Assembly (NCBI GenBank): GCA_038245295.1
Contig: JBBRSP010000007.1
Span: 180,788 to 244,787, forward strand
Direction: 5' to 3'
Length of the DNA: 64,000 nucleotides
From: Candidatus Binatia bacterium
Lineage (GTDB): Bacteria > Desulfobacterota > Binatia > HRBIN30
A program made the position numbers and the translations under genes. The notes beneath the pieces are model-generated. The model made no database searches and was not told where the DNA came from. It saw only the letters and a program-made list of their open reading frames with translations. Shown in pieces: positions 41,559-51,648 of the stretch (the stretch's first letter is position 1; every line of letters starts with the position of its first letter).

Positions 41559-42506
41559 ATGTTGAATCGATCCTACTATAGATTCGCGCTTGGCGTTGTC
41601 TTCGCCGGTTTGATTCCGGTGGTTGCCTCGGCGGAGATCGTCAACCGCATCATCGCCACCGTCGATGGCGAACCGATCACGACGTATGAGCTCAAGCAGT
41701 ATCGCGACGGCCTGCGCGGCCGCCAGTTGCCGCCGGAAACCACCACGAGCGGCACCCTTGATGCCTTGATCACCGACAAGGTTGTCGAGCGTGAGGCCAG
41801 CCAGAAGGGCATCATCGTGCGCGACGAGGATATCGATCGATCCATCGAATCGGTCAAGGAACGCAATCACATCACCGAAGAGCAGCTCAAGCAGGCCCTG
41901 GCCCAGCAGGGCGTGACCCTCGAAGACTATCGCGTGCAGTTGCGCGAGGATCTGGTGCGACAGCAGCTGATCACGCGCGAGCTGCGCAGCAAGGTCACCA
42001 TCACGCCGGAAGACGTGCAGCGTTACTACGAAGCCCACAAAGAGAAATTCGGCGTCACCGGCGGACGGGTCCACATCGCCCACGTGGTGTTGCAGTTGCC
42101 CGAAGATGCGTCCTCCGATCGCGTCGCCGCCATCACGGCGAAAACCGAGGAGCTACGCGACCGTCTCCAGAAGGGCGAAGACTTCGCCGAGTTGGCGCAG
42201 AAGGTATCCGAGGACAAATCGGCGGCACAAGGCGGAGATCTGGGTTGGTTCAAGAAGGGCGAGTTGCTCGACGCGATGGAAAGCGCCGTCGCCAAACTGA
42301 AGGAAGGTGAGGTCAGCCCGCCGGTGCGTACTCGCCTCGGCCTGCACCTGATCAAGGTCATCGCCCGTGAGGAAGCGGGGCAAGATGCCGTCGCAACACA
42401 CTCCGAAGAGATCAAGAACCAGCTTTATGCGGAAGCACTGGAGACCCGTTTCCAGAAGCTGATGACCGAAGAACTGCGGCAGCGGCACGACGTCCAACTA
42501 AAGTAG
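41559..42506 (+). CDS. surA: SurA-like chaperone / parvulin peptidylprolyl isomerase
   Basis: Signal peptide, IIATVDGEPIT, FAELAQKVSED..GGDLGW, VSPPVRT..GLH. Confidence 0.88.
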   Translation: MLNRSYYRFALGVVFAGLIPVVASAEIVNRIIATVDGEPITTYELKQYRDGLRGRQLPPETTTSGTLDALITDKVVEREASQKGIIVRDEDIDRSIESVKERNHITEEQLKQALAQQGVTLEDYRVQLREDLVRQQLITRELRSKVTITPEDVQRYYEAHKEKFGVTGGRVHIAHVVLQLPEDASSDRVAAITAKTEELRDRLQKGEDFAELAQKVSEDKSAAQGGDLGWFKKGELLDAMESAVAKLKEGEVSPPVRTRLGLHLIKVIAREEAGQDAVATHSEEIKNQLYAEALETRFQKLMTEELRQRHDVQLK

Positions 42507-42526
42507 GGGCACCCCCGCAGGCTAAA

Positions 42527-42683
42527 GAGGCTGTCTCAAAACCTTGCGGAGCCGGCTTCGACAGGCTCAGCCTGAGCGGGTGCTTGGTTGATTTTCAAAG
42601 ACATTTTGTCCGCTCGCCCTGAGCCCCGCTCACCCTGAGCTTGTCGAAGGACGAAGGGTGAGCCTATGTTTTGAGACAGCCTC
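42527..42683 (-). mobile_element. 157-bp MITE, copy 2 (inverted relative to copy 1)
   Basis: Perfect TIRs GAGGCTGTCTCAAAA / TTTTGAGACAGCCTC; TAAA duplicated; 2 mismatches to copy 1 by my alignment. Confidence 0.92.
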
Positions 42684-42736
42684 TAAAGCCCTCTAAAGCC
42701 TGCGCTACCTCTAAATCTCCAGGCGAAACGCAAGTT

Positions 42737-42763
42737 GGTAGGCACAGGCTTCAGCCTGCGGCG
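42737..42763. repeat. GTAG-type REP hairpin (empty)
   Basis: ggtaggcacaggc-ttca-gcctgcggcg. Confidence 0.75.
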
Positions 42764-42820
42764 TGCTCCGATGCCAGTGAATGAGCAACGTCCGTCAGTG
42801 CCCGCCCCATGCATCCCGCA

Positions 42821-44611
42821 TCAGTGCGACAGAGGTGTCGGCGTCGGTGCGACCTGTTGCGCGATCCACTCGTTGACACGCGCACGCAGCACCGGCAGCG
42901 GCACGCTGCCGTGGCGCAGGACGGCATCGTGAAACTGGCGAATGTCGAAGCGCGGTCCGAGAGCTTTCTTGGCTGCGGCGCGTAAGCGCCGGATCTCGCG
43001 ATACCCGAGCAAGTAAGAGGGCGCCTGGCCCGGCCAGGCGATGTAGCGATCGATCTCGGCGGCCGCCTGATCGGCAGACAGCGCCGTGTTGGCCAGCAAC
43101 AGATCGATCGCCTGCTGGCGACTCCAGCCCAACGCGTGAATGCCGGTGTCGACGATCACTCGCACCACGCGCCATTGGAAATTGAGCAACATGCCCATGC
43201 GATCGGGTGGCGTAGAGTAGAGTTGCATCTCGTCGGCCAGCCGCTCGGCATAAAGGCCCCACCCTTCGCCGAAGCCGCTGAAGAACAGCAGGCGCGTGAT
43301 GCGCGGCAGGCCGGGGAGGTTGTTGGCGATGTTCACCTGCAGGTGATGACCGGGCACGACCTCGTGGAAGGCGGTCGCTTCGCCGCCGACCCAGCTCTGC
43401 TTGGTGGCCTGGTAGAGGCGAATTCGATACGCCGCCGGGCGGCTACCGTCGAGCGCTGCTGCCAGGTAGTGCGGCGCTGCGCTGCGCTCTTGATAGGCCG
43501 GGATCGGTTCGACGATCGCCTCCGAGGCGGGCAGCAGGCCGAAGTATGCCGGTAACGCGCGATACGTTCGTTCGGCAGTATGCTTGGCCAAGCCCATCAT
43601 CTCGTCCGGGCTGCGGTACGTAAACTCTCGATTGGTGCGGAAGAGTGGCAGCAGCGCCTTGATCGGCGCCTTCTCGAAGCCCGCGATGGGGATCTCGGCC
43701 GTTGCGCCCTGGACGCGATCGAGCTCCGCCTGGCCGAGACGATGCAACGCACCCGGATCGCTGTTGAAGCCGGACGAATAACGCAGCGCCGCGCGGTAAC
43801 AGGCAGCGCCGTTGGGGTTGGCGTCGACGCCGATCGAGCTGCGCGCCTGCGGCAGGTATTCGTCACGCAGGAAGTCGCGATAGCGGCGCAGGGCCGGGTT
43901 GATCTGCTCACCCACGAGAGTTTGGAAGGCCACGCGCATCTCGGCGTCGCCATCGCGTTCGGCGGGGCTGAAGAAGGGCGACTGCTGGGCCGGCGTCCCA
44001 ATCAGTTGGCTGACCTGGTCGATCACTAGGCGGACGGTGACCTGGGTGGCCCGGTAACGTGTTCGCATTCCCTGGCGCAGGTTGTCCGTCTGCGCGTCGA
44101 TATACGCCGGCAGCGCCGCGAACCGTGTCAATGCTTGCTGGCGCAGCTCCGGGGTTCCCACCGGTTGCGTGTAGGCGAGGTTGCCGAGGCGGACCTGCCA
44201 ACCATTCATCATCTGACTGACGGTCCACAACTCGGAACGACAGACGCGCAGGCTATCGAGGTCGTCCAGACGGCGGCGTGCCACTTCACAGGCGAGACGC
44301 GCCGGATCGGCGAGTTTGGGGCAATCGATCTTGCGGATCTGCTGCAACCACTCGAGGCGGCGCTTCTGGCGCGCTTCGACTCCGGCAATCGAGTCGTCGG
44401 GTAGGGCGTCGTAGCGCGTGCCCGGCTCGCGCAACGTCGCGGCCAAATCGGGGGATACGGCCAGCGCGTCGTCGACTACGGCATCGGCAATCGCCAAGGC
44501 TTCCACGCCCGGGTCGGCGGAAATGATCGGGTGATCCAACCTGCTGCAGGCACTCGCCACGAGTGTGATGGCGAGCAACCCCAATGCTCTGCCAACGCGG
44601 GCAACCCCCAT
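42821..44611 (-). CDS. DUF885 family lipoprotein
   Basis: LVASAC lipobox-like motif; FHEVVPGHHLQ, EGWGLYAE, VDTGIH..GW, EIDRYIAWPGQA, FH..VL.HGSVPL; start uncertain. Confidence 0.92.
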   Translation of the reverse strand: MGVARVGRALGLLAITLVASACSRLDHPIISADPGVEALAIADAVVDDALAVSPDLAATLREPGTRYDALPDDSIAGVEARQKRRLEWLQQIRKIDCPKLADPARLACEVARRRLDDLDSLRVCRSELWTVSQMMNGWQVRLGNLAYTQPVGTPELRQQALTRFAALPAYIDAQTDNLRQGMRTRYRATQVTVRLVIDQVSQLIGTPAQQSPFFSPAERDGDAEMRVAFQTLVGEQINPALRRYRDFLRDEYLPQARSSIGVDANPNGAACYRAALRYSSGFNSDPGALHRLGQAELDRVQGATAEIPIAGFEKAPIKALLPLFRTNREFTYRSPDEMMGLAKHTAERTYRALPAYFGLLPASEAIVEPIPAYQERSAAPHYLAAALDGSRPAAYRIRLYQATKQSWVGGEATAFHEVVPGHHLQVNIANNLPGLPRITRLLFFSGFGEGWGLYAERLADEMQLYSTPPDRMGMLLNFQWRVVRVIVDTGIHALGWSRQQAIDLLLANTALSADQAAAEIDRYIAWPGQAPSYLLGYREIRRLRAAAKKALGPRFDIRQFHDAVLRHGSVPLPVLRARVNEWIAQQVAPTPTPLSH

Positions 44612-44690
44612 CGCAAAACCGGGCATCCCCTGTGGTTCCCGCAATTCGTGCAGCCTTGCAAGGTCCAATCCGCCTGTTAGCCCCGGCCTC

Positions 44691-45695
44691 ATGAGCGTTG
44701 GCCCGTCGAGGAAGAGCCAAGTTGAGCGCGTGCGGGTTGCCATCAGCATGGGTGATGCGGCGGGCATTGGGCCGGAGGTGGCACTCAAGGCCCTGCGCGA
44801 TCGCCGGGTGCGCGCCGCTGTCGAACCGATCCTGGTGGGGGATCCGGAGGTTTGGCAGGCCACGGCACGCAAGTTCGGTGTGCCACTGGATATGCGACGC
44901 ACTCGTTTTATCGAATCGAGCAAGGTACCGGCACGTTGGCGTCAGCCCGGCGGACGCATCTCTCCGGAGCGTGCGGCGGCGTGTGGCGACGCGGCCTATC
45001 GTGCCATTCTGGCCGCCGTGCGCTTGATCGGCAGCGGCGAAGCGCAGGCGTTGACCACGGCACCGATCAGCAAAGCCCATCTCGTCGCCGCCGGACATGA
45101 TCATCCGGGGCATACGGAGTTGCTGGCCGAGCTGGCGGGTAACGTGCCGGTGCGCATGATGCTCGCCGGACCGCACCTACGCGTCGTCCTTGTGACAATT
45201 CACATAGCGCTGGCCGAGGTTCCCAAACGCATCACGACCGACCTCGTGTTGGAAACCATTCGCATCACGCAGGCGGCGATGAAGCGCCAGTTTCGTCTGG
45301 CACGTCCGCGGTTGGCGGTTGCCGGACTAAACCCGCATGCCGGGGAAAACGGCCTATTTGGCCGCGAAGAGATCGACACGATTGCCCCGGCCGTGCAGCT
45401 GGCGCGGCGGGCGCGCATCCACGTCGTGGGACCGTTGGCAGCCGACGGAATGTTTGCCCTGGCGGCGCAAGGCAACTTCGATGCGTGTGTGTGTATGTAT
45501 CACGATCAAGGACTGGCACCGTTCAAGCTCGTGCATTTCGCCGACGGGGTGAACGTGACGCTGGGATTGCCGTACCGACGCACGTCGCCGGATCACGGCA
45601 CCGCGTTCGACATCGCCGGCAAAGGCATCGCCGACGCACGCAGCATGGCGGCAGCGTTGTTGCTGGCTGCCGCGGATCGGCGCCCCCCGGGGTAG
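44691..45695 (+). CDS. pdxA: 4-hydroxythreonine-4-phosphate dehydrogenase
   Basis: MGDAAGIGPE, TAPISK, PGHTE, GLNPHAGE, MYHDQG, RTSPDHGTAFDIAG. Confidence 0.96.
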   Translation: MSVGPSRKSQVERVRVAISMGDAAGIGPEVALKALRDRRVRAAVEPILVGDPEVWQATARKFGVPLDMRRTRFIESSKVPARWRQPGGRISPERAAACGDAAYRAILAAVRLIGSGEAQALTTAPISKAHLVAAGHDHPGHTELLAELAGNVPVRMMLAGPHLRVVLVTIHIALAEVPKRITTDLVLETIRITQAAMKRQFRLARPRLAVAGLNPHAGENGLFGREEIDTIAPAVQLARRARIHVVGPLAADGMFALAAQGNFDACVCMYHDQGLAPFKLVHFADGVNVTLGLPYRRTSPDHGTAFDIAGKGIADARSMAAALLLAAADRRPPG

Positions 45696-45727
45696 AATCT
45701 GAAGTGGACTTGCGGCAGACAAGTCCG

Positions 45728-46969
45728 ATGCAACCAAGGGTAGTCATCACAGGAATGGGTGGCGTCTCGCCGATCGGCATCGGCGTCGAAGCCATCTGGG
45801 ACAATGCGCGCCATGGGCGTTCCGGTATCGGTCCGATCCAAATGTGGGACGCGTCGCAGATTCGTTGCCGCATCGCCGGCGAGATCAAGGGCTTCGAGCC
45901 GGAAAAGTACATCCCTGCAAAACATCTGAAGCGCCTCGATGATTTCGCGCGATATGCCGTCGCCGGGGCGCTGATGGCCGTCGAGGATGCGGGCCTCGAC
46001 ATCTCGAAGGAGAACGATCGGCGCGTCGGCGTACTCATCGGCAACAACAATGGCGGGGCGCGGACGATCTTCAAGACGGTGACCGATTACAACGCCAAGG
46101 GCCCGGGTGCGGTGTCTCCCTTCTACATCACGGCCATCACCACCAACATGGCATCGGCGCAGGTGGCGATTCGGCTGCAGGTGCGTGGCCCGAACTTTAC
46201 CATCGGCAACGCCTGCGCCTCTGGTTGCAACGGCATCGGCGAAGCCTGGCGTTACGTCCGCGAGGGCATCTGCGATCTGGTGATCGCCGGCGGTTCCGAC
46301 GCGCTCATCGATCCGACGGAGGTCGCTGGGTTCTCGAATTCCCGGGCCGTCTCGTTCCGCAACGAGGAGCCGGAGAAGGCGAGTCGGCCGTTCGACGTCG
46401 ATCGTGATGGCTTTGTCCTGAGCGAGGGCTCGGCCATGTTGATCGTCGAGTCGCTGGAGCACGCGCAGGCGCGCGGTGCCAAGATCTACGCTGAGATCAT
46501 CGGCTACGCCACCGGCAGCGAAGCGTTTCACATCGCCGCGCCGGCGCCGAACGGCCTGGGCGCGGCCGCCTGCATGCAGATGGCTTTGGAGAGCGCTGGC
46601 GTGGCGCCGACGGAAGTCGATTACATCAACGCCCACGCCACCTCGACGCCGGCCGGCGACATCAACGAAACACAAGGCATCAAGCTGGTGTTCGGCGACT
46701 ACGCCTACAAAGTACCGATCAGCGCCACCAAGTCGATGACCGGCCATCTGATCGGAGCCTCGGGGGCTCTCGAAGCCCTCATCGTCGCCAAGACGCTGGA
46801 GACCGGCATCATCACCCCGACCATCAACCTCGACAAACCCGATCCCGAGTGCGACCTCGACTACGTGCCGCATACAGCACGCAAGACCGACCCGCGTATC
46901 GCCATCACCAAGTCCTTCGGCTTCGGCGGTGCCAACGCGGCCCTCGTAATGCGGCGCTGGGAAGGCTGA
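45728..46969 (+). CDS. fabF: Beta-ketoacyl-ACP synthase II
   Basis: NACASG, SRPFD..RDGFV, INAHATST, KSMTGH, SFGFGG. Confidence 0.93.
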   Translation: MQPRVVITGMGGVSPIGIGVEAIWDNARHGRSGIGPIQMWDASQIRCRIAGEIKGFEPEKYIPAKHLKRLDDFARYAVAGALMAVEDAGLDISKENDRRVGVLIGNNNGGARTIFKTVTDYNAKGPGAVSPFYITAITTNMASAQVAIRLQVRGPNFTIGNACASGCNGIGEAWRYVREGICDLVIAGGSDALIDPTEVAGFSNSRAVSFRNEEPEKASRPFDVDRDGFVLSEGSAMLIVESLEHAQARGAKIYAEIIGYATGSEAFHIAAPAPNGLGAAACMQMALESAGVAPTEVDYINAHATSTPAGDINETQGIKLVFGDYAYKVPISATKSMTGHLIGASGALEALIVAKTLETGIITPTINLDKPDPECDLDYVPHTARKTDPRIAITKSFGFGGANAALVMRRWEG

Positions 46970-46971
46970 GC

Positions 46972-47066
46972 CCCCGGAAAAAGGGTCCTGTCCCCTTTTC
47001 CGGGGCCGCGACGATGGTCGGCATTGGGGAATCTCGCGATGCGAAAAGGGGGCTGGCCCCTTTTTC
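46972..47066. repeat. Pair of AAAAGGG-NNCTGNCCCC-TTTT palindromic repeats
   Basis: gaaaaagggtcctgtccccttttc and gaaaagggggctggcccctttttc. Confidence 0.7.
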
Positions 47067-47153
47067 AAAGCACGTTGCGGCGGGCGCGGATTTGTTCATG
47101 ATGCGCTGGGAACTCAGGTTGCGTGCCGGCCCGACGAGGCCACCGGCGGAAAG

Positions 47154-47531
47154 GTGAGGATCGTGGAGCTCAACGAACTGAATGACAACGAGCGAATTGC
47201 GCTGGTGGCGCTGATCGACGTGATGGTGGAGTCGGACACTCAGGTGACCGACGAGGAGATGGAGAAGCTCCAGGCTGTCGTCGATGCCGTCGGCACCGAT
47301 GAATACGAAGCAGCCGCCGACGCCGTCGACGAGCGCTTCGGCGATGAAGATGATCTACGCGCCTTCCTGCCGTCGATCGAACGCCAGGAGGCGCGCGAGC
47401 TGATCTATGGAACCGTTCTCGAACTGGCGATGAGCGAGAACGTCGACCCGCACGAGGGCCATATGCTTACGTGGCTGGCGGAGGCCTGGAAGGTTTCGGT
47501 GCAAACCGACGAGTCGGACACGCCGAAGTAG
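47154..47531 (+). CDS. TerB-like acidic hypothetical protein
   Basis: Helical pattern SD..VTDEE; LELAMSE.VDPHE..LL..LA. Confidence 0.7.
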   Translation: MRIVELNELNDNERIALVALIDVMVESDTQVTDEEMEKLQAVVDAVGTDEYEAAADAVDERFGDEDDLRAFLPSIERQEARELIYGTVLELAMSENVDPHEGHMLTWLAEAWKVSVQTDESDTPK

Positions 47532-47620
47532 CCATGAACCCTGGTTAGTCCGTTCTCGTTCTAGATTCTGGGTTCGCGGTTCTCGATGCGCGCTGAAACT
47601 GCTTGCAACGACTGACCGTG

Positions 47621-47676
47621 CCCTCACCCTGCCCCTCTCCCACAATCGGTCGTTCCATTCGAGGTGGGAGAGGGGG
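47621..47676. repeat. CCCTCACCC...CTCTCCC / GGGAGAGGG repeat
   Basis: ccctcaccctgcccctctcccac...gtgggagagggg. Confidence 0.7.
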
Positions 47677-47717
47677 TGTTTCTCATCCGCGGCACCGGTC
47701 AACGGATGGCGTTTCGC

Positions 47718-48545
47718 TCAAGCCAGGAACGCCAGGATCTCTTTGTTGAATAGCTCCGGCGTCTCGAAGTTGAAGCCGTGACTGCCGCCGGCAATCTTCA
47801 CCAGCTTGGCACCTGGAATATGCTTCGCCAAAACGTCGGAGTTCTCCGGCGGCACCAAGCGATCGTTGTCCCCGGCGATTACCAGGGTCGGGGATTTGAT
47901 CTGACCTAGCCGGTCGGTGGTTCGATGTGTGGTCACTGCGGCCACCTGCGCCATGATGCCTTCCAGGCTGATGCCGTACTGCAACGAGCCCATGAACATC
48001 TGCATGAGCTTGGGCAGATCGTTGGCGATGAACTCCGGATTGAACGACAGCGGCAGAAGTTGCTGGAAGAAGTCCATCGGGTTCAGCTTCGCCATGTCGA
48101 CTTCGATCTGTCCATCCGGACCAATCGTACCGCCAAGCTGCGCCACCGACGACTTCCGCTGCTGCTCGACAGTGCCATCGGGCTCGGCATAGGTACAGGC
48201 GAGCACCAAACGCTTGACACGTTGCGGATAACCCAACGCCAGCTCCTGGGCGATCATGCCACCCATGGAAACGCCAAGCACGTTTGCCTGTTGAATCCCC
48301 AACGCATCGAGCAGGCCCACCGCGTCCGACGCCATCTGCGCCGTCGTGTACGGCCCGGCCGGCTTCGAGCTGCGCCCAACGCCACGATTGTCGAAGATGA
48401 TGGTCCGATACTGTTTGGAGAAATCCGGCACTTGAAACATCCACGCCGCGGAATCGGCGGCAAGTCCCATGATGCAAAGCAGCGGATCACCGCTGCCATG
48501 TTCTTCGTAGTAGAGCTCGATATCGCCGACGTTGGTGGTTGCCAT
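47718..48545 (-). CDS. Alpha/beta fold hydrolase
   Basis: FDNRGVGRS, GVSMGG nucleophile elbow, GDND, GSHG. Confidence 0.93.
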   Translation of the reverse strand: MATTNVGDIELYYEEHGSGDPLLCIMGLAADSAAWMFQVPDFSKQYRTIIFDNRGVGRSSKPAGPYTTAQMASDAVGLLDALGIQQANVLGVSMGGMIAQELALGYPQRVKRLVLACTYAEPDGTVEQQRKSSVAQLGGTIGPDGQIEVDMAKLNPMDFFQQLLPLSFNPEFIANDLPKLMQMFMGSLQYGISLEGIMAQVAAVTTHRTTDRLGQIKSPTLVIAGDNDRLVPPENSDVLAKHIPGAKLVKIAGGSHGFNFETPELFNKEILAFLA

Positions 48546-48630
48546 GGTGGCGAGTCATAAACGATGCGCCGCGCCACGCAAGCCGGCGGAGCCTCCGCGA
48601 TCACGGGCCTGACTGACATGGATTTCCCAC

Positions 48631-50667
48631 CTACGGCGGCGTCGGCGTCAGCGTCGGTGTCTGCGTCGGCAGCACACACGCATCGGTGATCTGCCGGATC
48701 TGACTGTTGCTGGCGTCGCAAACATACAAGTTGCCGGCGGTGTCTTCGCCGAAGCATGTGATGTGGAACGCCGCGTCGAACAGCTCCTGCGTCTGCCAGG
48801 TCGCACCGACGTGGCGCGCTCCCCAGATGCGGCCAGAGCAGTAGTCGGCGTAGAAATAGGTCTCCTGCATGCACGGGAATCCAGGTCCGCGGTAGATGAA
48901 GCCGCCGGTGATCGAACAGTTGCCGCCGACGTGCCCATACTCGAGCACCGGCATCGTAATCCCGGCGCTACTGCACGGTGCCGGACAGGTGTACTGCGAG
49001 CTACCTTCAAACAAGCGCCAACCGTAGTTTTGCCCGCCGGCGCTACCGGCGGGCTGGAAGTCAACCTCCTCGACCGCCCCCTGGCCAACGTCGCCAATGT
49101 ACAGATCACCGGTCGTCCGATCGAAGCTGAACCGCCATGGATTGCGGACTCCCATCGCCCAGATCTCGCGTAGATAACCCGGCGTCGCGGTGAACGTCGG
49201 ATTTGGTGTCGGGTTGTTCGGGATGGCGTAGGTCGGCGTCGTCGAACCGGCAACCGACTCGGTATCGATGCGCAGGATCTTGCCCAATAGTTCAGTGCTG
49301 TTCTGGGCGCGGTTCCCCGGGTCGCCAGCGGATCCACCATCACCCATGCCGATGTAAAGGTAGCCGTCCGGACCAAACGCCAATTGTCCGCCGTTGTGGT
49401 TGGCAAACGGTTGCGGCACCGTCAGCAGGATCCTTTCGGTCGTAGGATCGGCCAGGTCGTTGTTCGCCGCCACCAAGCTGTAGCGTGCGATCACCGTCGC
49501 GCCGTCACTGGAGCGTGTGTAGTTCACGTAGAAGTAACGCTTGCCGGCATAGCCAGGTGGGAAGGCGACGCTGAGCAAACCCTGCTCACCGCCGAAGGCA
49601 ATCCGATTGGTACCGCTTGAACCGATATCGAGGAACGACGACACCTGCAGGACGCCGTTGCGAACCAATCGAATGATGCCGCTCTGCTGGACCAGGAAGC
49701 TGCGGGTGATACCGTCGCCGTTGTCCGCATGGTCGACGTACACCGGGCTGCCAATCCCTGAGTAAACAGCGGCCACACTAATTTGCGGCCACGGGATGCC
49801 GAGCAGCGGCGTGCTGGTGCTCGTCTGCGTAGACGTGTTGCTCGGCGTTGACGTGCCGCTACGGGTTGCCGTCGGCGTCCGGGTCGGCGTGCGGGTTGCT
49901 GTTCCGGTCGACGTGCTTGTTGGCGAGACAGTCGCCGTCGACGATCGACTTGGCGTCGTTGTCGGAGTGCCGCTCGCCGTAGGCGTCACTGTCGCGGTTG
50001 GTGTGATTGTGGCTGTGGATGTTGGCGTTGGCGACAACACCGCCGGCCAGTCGCCGTTACAATCACCATTCAGGATGGCGAGGAAGTCCTGGTTCGTCTG
50101 ATCGGCGCTGAGCGCCGTGTAGGCAATCGAGCCATCGATACACGGCGTTGGGGCCGGACGCGGCTGCGGCAGAGTGGTGCTGCGATCCGCCGTGTCGACG
50201 GGCTGCGGCACAAAACGCCACTCACTGCCGCAGTGCGTCCAATTGGGCAACTCCGTGATGAAATTCACCCGGTACCGCAAGATATTGGATCCGTCGATCG
50301 CCGATAGCGCGCCGTTCTCGTCGGCATCGCAGGCGAGACTTTGATTGGCCGTCGGGGTGAAGAGATTCACCGTGGCCTGCAGCGAGAACGAGGCGTCGAT
50401 CGACGTAATCGATCCGGCGATGTCATGCAGCTTGCTCGGCACAATCGTCCAATCCCCCGCCGCTACATTCAAGAACGAGTAGTGCCCACTGCTGTCGGTG
50501 GTCGTCGATTGCGGCGACACGCCCTGCAGGTTCACCACGACGCCGCCGATCGGCGCGTTTGAATGGTACTGGCGAACCTGGCCGGATATCGTGTGCTGCG
50601 CCGAGGCGGTACCCGTAAACGCGGCGACGAGGAGAGCCAAAACGAAACGAGAACCACGGTACGACAT
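48631..50667 (-). CDS. Secreted PQQ-dependent sugar (GSDH/YliI-like) dehydrogenase with an N-terminal beta-sandwich, a dockerin-like module and a Thr/Pro linker
   Basis: EQGLLSVAF.P, NHNGGQLAFGPDGYLYIGMGDGG, GKILRID, G.RNPWRFSFD, GDVGQ, NYGW. Confidence 0.9.
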   Translation of the reverse strand: MSYRGSRFVLALLVAAFTGTASAQHTISGQVRQYHSNAPIGGVVVNLQGVSPQSTTTDSSGHYSFLNVAAGDWTIVPSKLHDIAGSITSIDASFSLQATVNLFTPTANQSLACDADENGALSAIDGSNILRYRVNFITELPNWTHCGSEWRFVPQPVDTADRSTTLPQPRPAPTPCIDGSIAYTALSADQTNQDFLAILNGDCNGDWPAVLSPTPTSTATITPTATVTPTASGTPTTTPSRSSTATVSPTSTSTGTATRTPTRTPTATRSGTSTPSNTSTQTSTSTPLLGIPWPQISVAAVYSGIGSPVYVDHADNGDGITRSFLVQQSGIIRLVRNGVLQVSSFLDIGSSGTNRIAFGGEQGLLSVAFPPGYAGKRYFYVNYTRSSDGATVIARYSLVAANNDLADPTTERILLTVPQPFANHNGGQLAFGPDGYLYIGMGDGGSAGDPGNRAQNSTELLGKILRIDTESVAGSTTPTYAIPNNPTPNPTFTATPGYLREIWAMGVRNPWRFSFDRTTGDLYIGDVGQGAVEEVDFQPAGSAGGQNYGWRLFEGSSQYTCPAPCSSAGITMPVLEYGHVGGNCSITGGFIYRGPGFPCMQETYFYADYCSGRIWGARHVGATWQTQELFDAAFHITCFGEDTAGNLYVCDASNSQIRQITDACVLPTQTPTLTPTPP

Positions 50668-50771
50668 GCGAGCAGTGTACTGGAGGAATCGGCCGCGGTG
50701 AATCGAGTTTTTCCGGATGCGCCCGCGGCAGCTTCGGTGCTATGCAGCGCGCCCCAAGGAGGCACACACGC

Positions 50772-51563
50772 ATGGGACGCTTCAGTGGCAAGGTCGGGTT
50801 CGTCACCGGTGGTGGCACGGGTATCGGGTTGGCCTGCGCACGCGCCATTGTCGATGGTGGCGGCCAGGTGATGCTTGCCGGACGTCGCGAGTCGGTGGTG
50901 CACGACGCGGCAGCGTCCCTCGGCAAGAATGCCGCCGGCGTCGGTTGCGACGTGACGAACGACGACTCCGTAGAGGCCGCCGTCGCGGCCACCGAGGCAA
51001 GATTCGGCGCTCTGCACCTGGCGGTCAACGCGGCCGGTATGGGCGCCATCGGCACGGTGCTCAATGCTTCCGTCGGCGATTTTGTCGGCACACTCGATAC
51101 CAACGTCACCGGCGTCTTCCGCAGCCTGCAGGCCGAGGCTCGCGTCATGAAACGCTTCGGCGGCGGCAGCATCGTCAATATCAGCTCCATCGCCGGAGCC
51201 CTCACCCATCGCTTCATGACCGCCTACTGCACATCGAAGGCCGCGGTAAACATGCTCACCCGCTGCGCCGCCGACGATCTCGGCGCCTACGGAATTCGCG
51301 TCAATGCCGTACAGCCGGGCCTGGTCGAAACCGATCTCGCGGCGCCGCTGGTCTTCAGCGAAGAGGCACGCGCCGACTACCTGCGTTGCATGCCGATCTC
51401 GCGTCTCGGCAAGCCCGAAGATGTCGGGCAGATCGTTGCCTTCCTGCTCAGCGACGACGCCAGTTGGGTCACGGGCCAGATCATCGGTGTCGACGGCGGT
51501 CACACGCTGCGACGCGGGCCGGAGTTGATGGACCTGTTTCGCCCGTTGTTGCCGGCGGAGTGA
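50772..51563 (+). CDS. Short-chain dehydrogenase/reductase
   Basis: TGGGTGIG, YCTSK, VTGQ..VDGG; AAGGAGG RBS. Confidence 0.93.
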   Translation: MGRFSGKVGFVTGGGTGIGLACARAIVDGGGQVMLAGRRESVVHDAAASLGKNAAGVGCDVTNDDSVEAAVAATEARFGALHLAVNAAGMGAIGTVLNASVGDFVGTLDTNVTGVFRSLQAEARVMKRFGGGSIVNISSIAGALTHRFMTAYCTSKAAVNMLTRCAADDLGAYGIRVNAVQPGLVETDLAAPLVFSEEARADYLRCMPISRLGKPEDVGQIVAFLLSDDASWVTGQIIGVDGGHTLRRGPELMDLFRPLLPAE

Positions 51564-51648
51564 GTCCCCCTAGCCTGCGCCCCCGGCTTCGCCTGCATCG
51601 AGGGCGGAGGCAGGCGCGGGGCTGTAGGCGAAGGATGACGCCTCTGGT

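Noticed and set aside
39180..42083. 967-aa antisense ORF
   Set aside because: It is a shadow of mfd and surA caused by high-GC codon bias; the same applies to most other overlapping ORFs in the track.
45728..46969. Type II PKS cluster
   Set aside because: It is a lone FabF with the Cys-His-His triad and no adjacent ACP, chain-length factor or cyclase.
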